A stretch of DNA of 64,000 bases from Eledone cirrhosa (Eukaryota): the NCBI GenBank assembly GCA_964016885.1, contig OZ024746.1:37200001-37264000 (forward strand), given 5' to 3'. A program made the translations under genes and the position numbers. The number at the start of each line of letters is the position of its first letter. The stretch's first letter is position 1. The notes beneath the pieces were generated by a model. The model was not told the origin of the DNA, did no database searches, and saw nothing but the letters and a program-made list of their open reading frames with translations. Shown here in pieces: positions 41,459 through 55,571 of the stretch.

Positions 41459-43845
41459 TACAGATGGCCACCAGTCTAAAGGCACCACCTTCAAGTTGTT
41501 CACGTCCAGGACTACCAAATTCCAGTCCGGGTCTCGGATGATCGACCTTACCTGGAGGTCCACGCCATTCTTAAACAGCACTGCCACCTCACCTCCCATT
41601 CCCGGCCGACTAACATAAGCAAATATCTGATAGTGGGGCTAATGTGCAGGTATCGGAACTCCTGGTCTCGCTGACGGCAATTACATCCATTTCTAGAGAC
41701 CTGAGGTCATTGAGCAGGTGACCCTGCTTCCAGGACTATCCCAGGCCTCGAATTTTGAACTTCCTCCACTTAATACGGCCATGTTGGCAGGCTAAAATAG
41801 AGAGAGGAAAATGTACTTACCTTCCAGGTTTTTATGAAGGTCCTGTGGTTCGACCTCCATCGTTGGTGGGGTTTCTTTTGGGAACCCCTTTAAAAGTCTT
41901 GAAGTGTGTTTTCCGTTCGGGGTTCCCACGTCCCGAAGAATGCTGTCTCGTATCTCTTTGTATAAATCGAGCGACATTCACACCTGAAACGAAATGTGCT
42001 CGATTTAAACATTTCTCCCTCTTTTTGTATATCTTCCCTTCGTGCTACGATGGACATCGGTTCCTTGTTGGCCCACCTGACGAGCACGAAGAGTGTATGT
42101 TTTGTTGGTGCGATTTTATTTATTTGCGTGACCGTGGTGGTGATGGTTTTGGTGGTGTTGTTTCGGGTATGCCTGTGTTTGTTGTAGGTGTGGTGACTTC
42201 AAATACATGTATCCGTGTGTTTATTTGTTTTTGTTTGCTTAGGTTGTTTGCGTTTCGGGGATGGTGGGGGAGGTGTTAATGTTGATGTTGGTGTTTATGT
42301 TATTGGGGAAGTGTTTGCGTTAGTGGTGTTTGTATTTTTTGTTGCGTACGCTTCTGTGTTTTGTTGGGTTTTCTTTTTTTTTGTGAGTTTTCTCTTTTGT
42401 TTTCTAGCACTTTTGGGTTTTCACTACTGGGAGACAAAGGGTCTGTAGTTGTGAGTGTATCTGTGTATCTGTGCTTTTATGGTTTTGTATATGTGTATAA
42501 TTGGAGGGGGAGGGTAGTGGGAGAGATTTCCTCATTTTACCCTTGGATTGGTTTCGGTGCTGGTAGTGGTCCGGCTGTTTTGTTTATGTTGGTGGAGTTA
42601 CCCGTGTCATTGTTGGTGTTGTTTTTGGTGGTGGTGGTGCAGCTTTCCGTGCTGACACTGGCGTTGGCAACAAAGGAGGTTTGCGACCCCATGCATTTTT
42701 GAGCTGAGAGCAAAAGTCTTGCAGATGCGTTGCTTCTTCGAAAACGAAGCAGTGCGGCCTTCTTCACACAGTGATTATTTGGATTATTGTCCCGTCATGC
42801 AGGCGGGCAAGATCCGCGATGTTGTTGATGTCCTCTGGTTTCATTTGAAGAACAGTCTCCAAATCCATTCCGGACCAGTCTTCTCTCTCTCTGTCCTTTT
42901 GATATCTAGGAAGGTAGTGTCTGTCGCCTCCTCGATTACGCATCCCTGGAGCCACCATATGTTCATTCCTGGTGGGATACTTGGAATGCGGATCTTTACT
43001 GCCCTTTTGCACATGTAGGACCGGTGCATGCTGATGCGTTCCGTTCTGCAGGCTGTTACCGAGTGCTTAATAGCAAAGACCTCGGTTTTGAACAGTACCG
43101 AGATGGTATTGAACTGCTAGGTCCTTGCTTTGTACTCGATGTCACTTCCGATGCACTTTAAAGCAGCCTCGACTTCTGCTTGGCTGGCGAGTTCCACTTT
43201 GTGTGTCTGCACTGAAATGCATCGAAAGTACACCGTCCTCCTTTGTATGGCTGCTATTGCCTGGTCCGGAATGGTTAGATTTGCCCAGCACTTCTCTCGT
43301 TTAATTAACCACCACGCCTGGGCCAACTATTAGGTTCCTTATCACTAATATCTACATTGAGGAAGCGCTTTGATATCGCTGCGGCCGCTGCAAAGGTGGC
43401 GCCTCCGTTGTTCTTGTTGTTGCTGTGGTCGTACTTGCAGTCGTTGTTGTTGTTGTTGCTTGTTCTGTTTTGTTTGTTATTGCTGTTGCCACCACCATCA
43501 GTGTTTACAGGGAGGCTGTCGTTGTTGTTCTGGGTAGTTGTTTTGTTGTTGTTGTGGTGGTGGTAGTGGTGGTGGTGACGTCATTTTGAGATGATACTGT
43601 CTCTATCACAGAAGGGAACGGTTGTGGTGGTAACTATTGTGTCCTGCCTCTACATCCAGTGGGGAAGACGACAGGCATGTTTGTAGTAGTAATCTTGGCT
43701 GTTTTTGAACTTTTAACCTATACGTGTTTATCGTTTCAAGGTCGAACATTTCCATATATTTTGGTGGGGAAGCGATTATTTTCGAAGTTTTTAAAGATAA
43801 ACCTGAATATTCGGGCTGCGAAAGGAAATATGTCAAGTACAATAC
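41459..43845 (-). mobile_element. Tx1/L1-like LINE 5' half (5' UTR, ORF1, N-terminus of APE endonuclease)
   Basis: ORF1 RRTVYFR..YMCKRAVKIRIPSIPP..IWW homologous to 37647-38050; APE IRGL..LLNDL..DVIAVSET, GGEVAVLF, LVVLDV, FRLVAI. Confidence 0.85.
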
Positions 43846-43899
43846 AAACAGAAAATATTTTTCATACAAATAGTCTATACTTACTTTTGACATGCTGGT

Positions 43900-45860
43900 A
43901 ATCAAAACATTAAAATGACGACAGGCAGCCATAGTGTAAGATAACGGTTCAGAAGAGAGGTACAACATTGAGGAAGGATCTAATCAAATTGGAGGAAGGA
44001 TAGATTTCAAGGTTATATATGTAAAAATGAAGCACTGAAAAAATACTACCATGTGAAGAATGTAGGAATTGATACACTATTGGAGGAGGTTAATCAACGA
44101 ATAAACACAAATATTGCATAACTAAAGAAATGTGAAGACAAAAGTAACCAATTCATGTACAGCAGACTCTTCCAAATCAACCAAAAAGGATTATTTTAGA
44201 AACGTTAAGAAATGATAAGGATCTATGCTTGAAGAAGAGATGCAGAACAAAGCATTGACTTTTGGAATAACATTCGGATAAATTCGGATTAATACAATGA
44301 TGAAGTGGATTTGATTTAGAATGTTTGGTAACGGGTAACAGTTGTACAGGAGCATGAACACATCAAAACGACAAAATAAATGGAGAGAACGCGGTGGCAA
44401 ATAGTGCCAAAACAGGAAGCAAGTGGACCAGATCCTGTAAATCATTTTTAAAAAAATGAAGTAATAACTACGCATTTATATGAAGTCTTAAGTTCTGGAG
44501 AAACACAAGAATGGATGATAAGTTTGAAATGTCAGACGAAGGCCATTCCTTTCCTTTATGTGAAATCACATAAAAAATGATAGCTCAATAAATCTATAAA
44601 TACGGAGAGAGAGAACATGTCACTTGCTAGCCAGAAGTGGTGCAGGCATCAATAGCAGTTGAAGGAAAGACCAGCTGGTGATTGTTAAAATGTTACTGAA
44701 GAACTGCAAAATGGGACTCATCAATCTCGCCCTCGCTTGGTTGATTCCTGGATAGATTTCAAAAGGGGCCGAATTCTTTGATTCTTGATTGTTTGGATAA
44801 TGTTAAGGTAGTAGACAACGCCAAGGATTTTTATAGAGAAATCTATGGCTAATTGGAAATTGACTAATAAAATTGAGGACTTAAAAAGAACTTAAAGTGG
44901 GTCATTTCCCATGGAGACTGTTTATTACCAATCTTGCGCGTGTATCAATGATACCACTGTTTGAACAAGCCTCAATAATTTATTGTTTGTGGATGATTAA
45001 TAATTATCTAGTGGTAATGTAGAAGGGCTAACATCTTAGTGCAAACAAACCAATTGTTCGAAGATATTGAGACGGAGGTTGGCTTTTCAAAATGTGCGTT
45101 GATAGACACGAAGATTGAATAAATGATAAGATGCGATGTAATCTAATCGCTAAATCGTCAACATATCAATTCACTTACATCAGGCGAAACATATAAATAT
45201 CTAGGTGTACTACAAAGACATAAATTATGAATAAGAAAAATTTATTCATAGAGAGTCTCAGCAAAGTGTACATCCAAATATTAAAAATGCATGGAATTGG
45301 AGGAGATTGATATGAAAGCTAGGGAAAGCTATAATCTATTGATGTATGTAACCATAAGTTCATGCAGACATACTATTTTGGAAGGAACATGATAGAGGGA
45401 TGGGTTTGTTCAGTGTAAATAATATTGCCAAAAATTAATAAATCTATTTGGCTTTCTACATGAAAAATATGGAAATGTAGAGTCTATTGGATTTTGCTCG
45501 AGAAGGCGTATTTGAGAAAAATGAAGGCCCAGAATGCACAAAGCCTGGGATTACGGAAGAACGTAAAGCAGGTTTTGATGAAAACCCTTTCCATTCCGTA
45601 AGCCTTAAGGAAACAAGAGACCATCGTGATAACATCACTTAACAAATATATCCGGAAAAAGACTAGAACCACTCTCTCAACCCTCATTTTCCTGTCGATG
45701 TGGTACATGTAAATGTGTAGGAATGAGCAGAAAATAGAGGCAGATACCACTCATATCAATTATTTGATAATAAGTAGAGTTGATAATCCAGTCGAATATA
45801 TATTATATATCATTAAAAGACATTTGCTATTAAGAGGAATCAGTATCGTGCATATGTTTA
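43900..45860 (+). pseudogene. Decayed R4/Dong-like (restriction-like endonuclease clade) non-LTR retrotransposon
   Basis: In order: WIDFK (~44750), ISHGDCLLP (cf. IFQGDSLSP, ~44905), NLLFVDD (~44980), DIETEVGFSKCA (cf. DIGMEFGLDKCA), YKYLGVLQ (~45192). Confidence 0.65.
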
Positions 45861-47099
45861 AAAGATGAAGGACGACACCGAGCTACACAATACTTGTATA
45901 CACACATCTATAATTAACTTCAGTACGCATGAAAATAGCACCAATTTATTTATAATTCTAAGTGAGCACAATTAATATCAAAGTGAGATTAGCAATATCA
46001 AAGTAAGCAAACGTCGCATTTAAGCGAGACTACTTATTTCAAATTAAGTGCATTTCGCTTATACTTGCTAAATATAAATAAATAGTAATATTGCCCGTCC
46101 ATATATACAATATGTAGCAGTCAGGGAATTCAATGATTTATACGATACATATAATAATAGACACACACCAATAAAGGAGAAAATAAAATTAATTTTCAAT
46201 CACAATAATTTAAGTGGTAATCAAATGTGTAGTCATCTCTGTAGATAAGTTTGTTCTTTGGATCTGCATACAATTAGCTGATTCTAAAATGGCAATATGA
46301 ATGCATATTTAAGGTACAGAATGTTATCTATTTGTTTATGTATTATACTAGTAATATACTTAAGGGTGGTTTTTGTTTTTAATGCCTAGGAAGGCAAGCC
46401 TCATAAAGTAGACATGGAGCTAAAATGATGTCGATGCCCAACGCAAATTTGAGCACAACTAATAGATTGTTATGAGCATTGATCGGATTTCAACAACCTG
46501 GCTGAATCCATACGCATTAAACTGAGCTTTTCAAGCAGCATTTATTTAGGTTATATAGAAACGGGAAAAAGAAATGCTAATTTCCAAATGCAGTAGATAT
46601 AATGTGAAGAGGTCTGGAGAAATATATGCTCACACGTACGATGCACTCATTAACATCACCAACACTACGAAGAGTCAAATAATCAAATTGGAAATAGAAC
46701 CAATCCTCCTCACGCCTTCGCAAATAGACACATATTTATTAGGTTGTTGTGCAGTGTTGATGGTTTTTTGTAATGTTTTGATGTTCTGTTTGCCATTAGC
46801 GATTTTTGTATTGCGTTAATCAGACAGTGAAATTGCCAGTGTCACTTTCAAGTAGCGAAGACTTGGAACAAATAATGGCATTTTGAAATGCCAATGTCTC
46901 ACTTTGAAGTGACAGTATTAGCCTAGATTTTCGAATTGAACACGATAATCTGAACTCTTCAAATATGAACAAAGGAACGAAACCGAGTCTATGAATTTCC
47001 TTTAACTAATACAATTAGGGATTGTGATGGTAGAAACATATTTAACCGTTGCAGACTCGGATCTTAATTAGATCATGACTGAGCTGGGTCTATACAATA

Positions 47100-48080
47100 C
47101 AACAACCATGAAGGCAACCGGTTATTCAGAGTCATGAACAATAAAACTACAGTAATGCCTCCAACATCAACGTCCATCCACAAATGCCCACCAGCTCCAT
47201 CTCTAGCATCCGCACAATTAGAAATAACAAATCCAATTCCAGGAACCCGTTAACAATATTAACATCGCAAATACTATTATCCACAAATACACTACTAAAT
47301 TGACAAACACATTTAAAACTAAAACAGATTGTACTCTCACCACCAACACCATTAATTAATTTATTAGGAATACTTTCATCAACACGATCATCAACATCTC
47401 TACCACCACCAATACCATGAAGAGTTGTTATACCACTGATACCAATACCATCAACGTCATTATAAGCAGCAACACCTACGTCACAAACACCACTAAGACT
47501 ACTAAAAACGTCAGCATAATTATAGACGACGCAGACTCTAGCTTGAACGAAATATACATATACACCAAGACTATCATCCGGAATTCTATTATTACAATCA
47601 CAAAATCCAGCAACATTGAAAATATGGACAGCAACAATCATACCACCGGTACCGATACCAACAGCCCCTGCATACACCAAAGTATTGCAAATCGAATTCT
47701 AGTATCAACAGCATTTGCAAAATAAATACTAATAATAATACAAACAATACTACTAACATAAACATATTAATACTAAGAGCACCAACACCAACAATACAAA
47801 CGGTACTAATGTTAACAATAATAACACTAAAACTAAGAATATCTCTGACGGTGTCAACTAACAAGCCACTACCAGCGTTGCATAAGTCTGCACAATCATA
47901 ATTGGGCTGGGGATATGTCAAAACTAGAATAGCAAAACCATAGTCAATACAGAGGAACAATATCCTGTTGTCCATGATGATCAGTGTTATTATAACGATC
48001 GTAATCATTCATCGACATACTCATCATCACAATTATAATTATTATCAACATCGTGCTTATCAGTACCATCATTTAAATCA
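47100..48080. repeat. Degenerate A/C-rich trinucleotide low-complexity region
   Basis: Decayed (AAC/ACC/ATC/AAT)n mixture. Confidence 0.6.
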
Positions 48081-48899
48081 ATAACAATTTCAATAAAAGC
48101 AACAGAATCAACACTACTAAAGCATTAGTCTGTAACTTTGCCAACGATAAGGGAATTATCAGCTCGCATATAGCAATAAACACAGATCTGGCGAGATAAG
48201 TATCGTCGTGGCAACTTCATAATACATTCATCAAGCGAATATAACAATCGTTTAATGTACTTAAATATCCCTTTAAATTTAATTACAAAATAAGCAGCTT
48301 CATATACATAGTATTGCCACTCACATTGTGTCACTGCATGTGTTGATTAGTGTGGTGTCAATTTCAGTTATATTTGTTTTATATACAACATCACAGGTTA
48401 TCTGGTTATTTATATCATTATAGCTTTAGTTGTTCTATTCCTTTTAGAATGAGAAAAATTGAGGCTGGGCTGATGTGTTTTCTAAATTCTAATTTATTCA
48501 TAGTTTTCATTATCTGAGAGAAGCTGGTATTTTACGAAATCTACTAAGATCGAAAGTGCACTATCTTCTCATGTATTTACCTACTATATTCATAGGAACT
48601 TCGATATATTTACATAAAGAAACATTTAAATGTTGTATATCTGCCCTTGTTTCTCACCTTACATTTTAACGTGTACTTAAGCATCCATTTTCCTCCACTT
48701 TCTTTTCATGTTTCAACTAATGTCTGTGGTTTCAATTTGTTTCATGGGAATAAGCGATATTATATACCTTTCCTAGTCAGTCAAGGCTTAGTAACTATAT
48801 GCGAATGTTCAAATTATATAAATAAACATACGAATATAGAGTTTATTTTACTAGTTGTAAATGATTAATACAATGTTTTATATTTCTTCTATAGAATAA

Positions 48900-50700
48900 T
48901 TCTGACCATTCCCACATATGAATGAATGTGCTCGAGTCATGAGCATCCGGGTGTGATTTTGTGTTGCTAGCATTAGGTTTTATATCATTTGATATCAGTA
49001 TATCAATTGGATTGTGACATCACCTGTGTCGGAGTTATATACGAATGATTTCTTGGTTTCCTACAACGCGTTGGTTATTATACTTTCAGTTTGTTTTGTA
49101 CAGACACCTATTGAAACCTATCGGTGGCTGACAGTGTATAGGTTTAGAAGTAGATATAACCTTTACAAATCCCGAACCTATTCTGTCAGATAAAATGTAA
49201 TCTCAGTTCTAATGGGAAATTTGGCCGATATTATTAGGGAACACTTTCCTGACATTACGTTTTAAGGCCTTTAGGAATACTAGATAGGCGATGCCCTGCA
49301 TGCCTACTATAGATACTATTGAACTCAAAACCATGAACGCCATGCTTTAAAGATATATATTGAGTCTAAGTTCCAGCAGTTGCGTTGAAAAGGCCAGTTT
49401 GTAATTTTTGCATCTTCACCAGTGACAAAACAATTTTGTTGGGAAGTTACGAAATATTGAGTTACTTAGGGGCTACGTCATTTTATATCCATTAACTCCC
49501 ATCAACTCCGGTTAAACTTGTAATACGTTTATATATTTGCAACCCGAACATAGAAAAAGGCTGTGTTTGCATTTCAATTTATGTTTTCTAGAATGTTGTT
49601 TGTTATCCTAATTCTTGTTTTCAGAGTGAAATATTTTTGTCTGATTTGTTACGGTTTGATATGCTACAATATTGAATGTCATATTTTTTTTTGTTTTTGA
49701 CATGGGTGCATGAAGCAAGCGGTAATATATGTAGTGGCGCAAGTTATGTTATCATATCGTCTGTTTCATGTTATTATGGAAATGTTTAAATTATGTGAAA
49801 AGAAAACTGGGAACATCTTCAGATGTCATAACCAAGTAAATTCATGAGATATATATTGAAACAAGCACGAATTTTTGTTGAAATGATATTTTGTGCTGAA
49901 ATAAATGTGAATTCATTTTAATAAAATAACAATGGAGATTTTGTGGATACTAAATCACCCAGCTGAAAAACACAGGATATTCTATTACCGAACACAATGT
50001 TTTATACAATCAGAAAATAATTACATATGAGCAACAGTGATTAACGTTACGAAATGCTTATCTCATTTAATGCAAGTTAATCAAGTTAATACTAATCTCA
50101 CGTCAAATATTCTTAATTTCCAAATTTATCTTTCCTGGTGTTCTTGGTGACCATGAAATCACTTATTTCGATAACTTATTTCTTATCGCAGTTCATGTAA
50201 TTGTCATTGCATCATTTTTTTTCTTTTTATTTCGATATATCAGAACTCAATATATTTCATGATTTATGCAGCGAAACCATTTGGTATCCTCACCGAAAAA
50301 ATCTCCGTGGGCATACACAAACATCCCACAACTTATTGTTCTCATTCTTCAAAACGATGATACCCTGTATAGTTTTGATAAGCTACACATATGAGAGGAG
50401 TTTCCATGGACTGCCAAAGTATAGAATCCATGAAAACTGTTTTCTCGTTATGCAGGATTACCTCTGACATAATGTAATGTTGGAAATGGCAGACAGATAA
50501 CCATGGCATCACAACATATTCTCTTAAAAAGATTGTATGATTTGAATAGTTATTATCAATGTAGATTATGTCTGAGAAATTGAACACAATATAAATTACT
50601 TCCAGAATGGTGATCGTATATCCGCTCAAATTACAGATATAAACGCCTACATCACGAATAAATCAATTTAGGTAGTGAACAAAATTAATAATCTCCACAT
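48900..50700 (-). pseudogene. Possible very old LINE RT fossils (two patches, ~48900-49500 and ~50100-50650)
   Basis: Weak motifs: IAYLVFLKA; CHGYLSAISNI followed by IMSEV (cf. RQGCLLSP.LFNI..IM); YAHGDFFGEDTK (cf. YGMEI..EKTK). Confidence 0.3.
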
Positions 50701-51349
50701 AATTCACTATAACCACCACTGAAAATATACATCAGTCTTAACAGTTTTCAATATAATTATTAATATACTTCAATTATTTTTCTATTCATAGCTTGGTTGA
50801 ATCCTTTGTCTTCTCAGTATAAACTACAGTGATAACATTTGTTCACCAATATTTGTATTGATAGCAAATGGTTCATATGATTATTGTTTTTGATTTATAT
50901 TTGTAGTGGTGTAACCAGAGAATATAACGTACGATGGAATCAAATTTTCAGGAGTCCCGTCTCTGATTTCTATTTATAAATGTCATACTTATTTTACGAT
51001 AAGGAAACGGTTGAATATCTCGTGTACGAATTAAATTATATAGTATAATGTACATAAGGCTTATTAGGAAAACTAAGCTACTGCTCGTTGGACACAAATT
51101 ACTTTGTATTGATGACGTTTTTACGGAAAGAATTGCATGATTCCTAAAGAAATGCATGGGGATTATATATAGAAGATTGTAATTGCTCATCATCTGAACG
51201 TGAAACACTTCAAAACATCTAATTTTCTTTTTGAATAAGTATAACATATTGTTGAAATTTAAATTTCTTTTATTTGATCTTCTTCGTTTAGATGTATATG
51301 GCTAGTGTATTATTTGTATGTATGTATATATATATATATATATATACCT

Positions 51350-51914
51350 ACATATATATATGTGTGCATGTATGTATATATATGTACAGGCTACTGTACG
51401 TCTGTATACATATATGTATGTACGTGTACATACTTATATTTAAGTAACAGCCGTACTAAGAGTGGGAAATGAAATTTCGTTTCATTTTTTCCGTTTATCG
51501 TTTTCGGTACACCCGGCCGATTAACCCACTCAATATGCAAATTGGGCAACCCAGCCGTTAATATGCATAAGGTAAGTATATACGTTCAACAATCTGGCAG
51601 GAAGGTATACGTTGCTGACGATAGCTAATAAGCTTGAAACTAGTACAGCTTTCATTTGTCAGTGTTGAACAAACGAGCAACGATGGTTGCTAGACACTAC
51701 GGCTTAATACGGGATGTTTGTTTACAAACACACCGGGCATTATAATAATTGTTCGGTGAATCCATACGTACGTATACATATGTGTGCATGTATGTATATA
51801 TATGTACATACTACTGTACGTTTGTATACATATATGTATGTACATGTACATACTTATATTTAAGTAACAGCCGTACTAAGAGTGGGAAATGAAATTTCGT
51901 TTCATTTTTTTCCG

Positions 51915-51917
<3 letters not shown>
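51350..51917 (+). mobile_element. Non-coding tandem 1.35-mer with 420-bp period containing one HHR (family H; retrozyme/pLTR-like)
   Basis: 51350-51497 is repeated at 51770-51917 almost identically; (TA)n on both flanks. Confidence 0.8.
51611..51649 (+). ncRNA. Minimal type I hammerhead ribozyme (family H)
   Basis: gttg CTGACGA t agct-aata-agct t GAAA ctag TA cagc. Confidence 0.75.
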
Positions 51918-51951
<34 letters not shown>

Positions 51952-52072
51952 AGAAATGTAAGCTATCGCCGTATTTTGACTAAATAAATTAAATAAATTA
52001 TTTGACCTGATAGTGGGGTTAAGAACCCTCGAATAATGTCAAATCCACTCGCTGTTTCGAAAATATTCTTAC

Positions 52073-52124
<52 letters not shown>

Positions 52125-53142
52125 ATATATACAGACACATATATATACATACATATAAATAATAAATATATATATTTGTATGTGTGTGTGTGTATATGTG
52201 TGTGTGTATGTGTGTATGTGTGTGTTTCTAGGTATATGCATGTATTTGTGCACATTTGGATTACATACCACATGGTGCATGTGTAAAGAACACATTGTAA
52301 GTGTAGAAACCAATGTCAATTGCACATCATACATCATGAGTAGCTTTAAAATGTATGCTTCGACAGACATTTGCTACAGTTTTGTTTAATCAGCAAAGGT
52401 ATTTTTAATTCATGATGAGGAGTATTTACCTTGTTTCCATATCCGATATGGTAAACAATTCATGGATGTATGAAATTATATATTCCACTCATGTGTAGAG
52501 TGATATCTAAATAAAAGAATATGACCAATGAAATTAAATAATGCAAACACATCTATATTAAAAGAGAGCAGGCGAGAAGAAACAATATAACATATTCAGA
52601 GGAAAATGCAGAATTTATACCATTTTGATATGCAGTATATGCATTTCTTGTTTTCTGTTACGCCGTAATACTGAAAGCAACATCGATTTCTTTATTCGTG
52701 TCTCTTCACTTTATAAATTCAATGCAATGCTGTCAAAGATCCTCTATATAGACCAGTTAAATATGCGGCTGACGGGTTTCTCTGATGGCGATTACCTTCA
52801 TTCGTAAAGTTTCTCAAAGGTCAAGAAAAAACACCTATGCACATATTGCAATGTTATTTTTCAGCATTACTGAATAGAAAATTGCATAAAGACACAGAGC
52901 CAAGAAACACATAAAGACAAGAAACGCATAAAGACATAGAACCAAGAATCAAAGCTCAACCAACAGGGGGTTGTGTGTGTAAATTCATATATAATTTGAT
53001 ATTGGAAGGGACAAGACAAATTATATTTCCAAAGGAGCAGTTTTGATCGAATTTTCTGGAAATCATGAAGGTTGTGCATCTGCACATATAATAGAAATAC
53101 CGGTGGTATGCATTATGTGCATTTCTAATTGTCTGTTCTTTT

Positions 53143-53201
<59 letters not shown>

Positions 53202-53203
53202 CA

Positions 53204-55034
53204 AGTATGACACCGACGGCAGAGCTCAAGCCGTTTCGACGGCTAATTCTGGACTAAATAAGAATTTTTAGCCTGGTAAATAAATAGTCGAACTTCACAA
53301 GGGGTAATTCCTTATATGGGAAGATAGTAATTGTCCAAGGGGATTGGTCAACATTTTTTATGAAGACGGATTATCCTATCATGGCATTTGGTGGGAGGTA
53401 GGGGTAGCTGAACTTGCCGTAAGAACAAAGAGGGAGTGGGGGAAACCCAGTCAAGCTTTGAAAGTGAAATCTATACAGCAGATTCTGAGGATAGTGTATA
53501 GAAGGTTGAGAAAAGTGTACTGGAGAAGTTTGAAAGAATAAGTAAATCGAAAGGGAGTAAACAACGAAACCATTATAAAAATAAGGAAATAAATATATAA
53601 AAAGAAATTTCTGGTTACTACTCCCCTCCCACAATCACCAAATCTCTCATTGGTATTGCTAAGCTATAGAAACGTTTAATAGGTGGAGAAAAGTACTAAA
53701 TACGAGATTGTAGTGAAATAATTTTATAAAGCCGGATTTACGGGGGTGTCTAACCCCACTGCTATAGTTAGTTACTAATCAGCCAATGCCGGTTTAAAAA
53801 CAAAAATACTAAATTACTACTACAAAAATACTAATACGGAATATTAATTCAGAATACTAATACAGAAATACTAATACAAGGATACTAATACAAAAATACC
53901 ACTAGGAAATTTAGAAATCACAGAAATGGAGCAGCAACCAGAAAGATAACAATTTACTGGGGTCTAACACATCTGCTCTAAATAACGTAATCGGCCAATT
54001 ATATCTTAAAATTACGGGCATAGGGGTACTGAGGCTACAGAGGACCGAAGTGCTGCATCGGGGTAGGCGAAAAGGTGAAAAAAAGACAAGGAAGGAGAAA
54101 CTGGGGTCGAAGGACAAGGAAGAGATGGGGGGAAGAAGAAAAAGATGAAATAATAAAATTACGCTTTTTACAGCAGATGTGTTAGACCCCAGTAAATTGT
54201 TTTCTTTCTGGTTGCTGCTCCATTTCTGTGATTTCTAAATTTCCTACTTGTATTTTTGTATTAGTATCCTTGTATTAGTATTTCTGTATTAGTATTCTGA
54301 ATTAATATTTCGTATTATTATTTTTGTAGTAGTAATTTAATATTTTTGTTTTTAAACCGTCATTGTAAGATATCAAAGCTGGCTTTATAAAATTCTTTCA
54401 CTACAATCTCGTATTTAGTATTTTTCTCCACCTATTAAACTTTTCTATAGCTTAGCAGTACAATGAGAGATTTGGTGATTGTGGAAGGGGAGTAGTAACC
54501 AGAAATGTTTTTTTATATAATTATTATATATTATATATTTATATAATTATTATATATTTTTTATAAAGGTTTGTTGTTTACTCCCTTTCGATTTACCTAT
54601 TCTTTCACCCCCACCCCCACTCTCCTTCTCCAGTACACTTTTCTCGACCTTCTATACACTATCCTTAGAATCTGCTGTATAGATTTCACCTTCAACGCTT
54701 GACTGGATTTCCCCCACTCCCTCTTTGTTCTACCGGCATGTTCAGCTACCCCTACCTCCCACCAAATGCAATGATAGAATCATCTGTCTTTACAACACAT
54801 TTTTTACCAATCCCTTTTGACAATTACTATCTTCCCATATAAGAAATTACCCCCTGAGAAGTTCGGCTATTTATTTACCAGGCTAAACATTCTTATTTAG
54901 TCCAGAATTAGCCGTCGAAACGGCTTCAGCTCTGCCGTCGGGGTCATACTGTTCCTATTACCCACTCTACTACCCTAAGTATTGAGCACTTTGTTGCGTT
55001 ATGGTCCATCTGGTTCCTTACCACATTTCCTTCG

Positions 55035-55035
<1 letters not shown>
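53204..55035. mobile_element. 1.8-kb fold-back element (family I): arms 53204-53977 and 54172-54950, HHR near each outer end
   Basis: Arms are reverse complements with substitutions and small indels; the right arm continues ~85 bp to a (TA)n tract. Confidence 0.85.
54849..54944 (+). ncRNA. Type I hammerhead ribozyme with full stem III (family I)
   Basis: acccc CTGAGAA gtt cggcta...tagccg tc GAAA cggc-ttcagctct-gccg TC ggggt; GUC site at 54937-54939; the mirror copy at 53210-53305 (minus) has core TTGTGAA. Confidence 0.7.
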
Positions 55036-55083
<48 letters not shown>

Positions 55084-55085
55084 AT

Positions 55086-55130
<45 letters not shown>

Positions 55131-55143
55131 GTATATATATAAT

Positions 55144-55235
<92 letters not shown>

Positions 55236-55403
55236 GTATAAATATAATATATCTATATAAATAAATATATATATATATGTATATATATAATATATATATA
55301 AATATATATATATGTATAAATAAATATATATATATATGTATATATATATATATGTATATATATAATATATATATAAATATATATATATGTATACATATAA
55401 TAT

Positions 55404-55436
<33 letters not shown>

Positions 55437-55478
55437 AATATATTTATTTATAAATATATATATATAAGTATATTTATT

Positions 55479-55568
<90 letters not shown>
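55036..55568. repeat. Compound (TA)n microsatellite
   Basis: Direct reading. Confidence 0.95.

Positions 55569-55571
<3 letters not shown>

Noticed and set aside
47147-48008. 177-aa and 136-aa V/G/I-rich minus-strand ORFs
   Set aside because: Products of a decayed trinucleotide low-complexity region; no domain motifs
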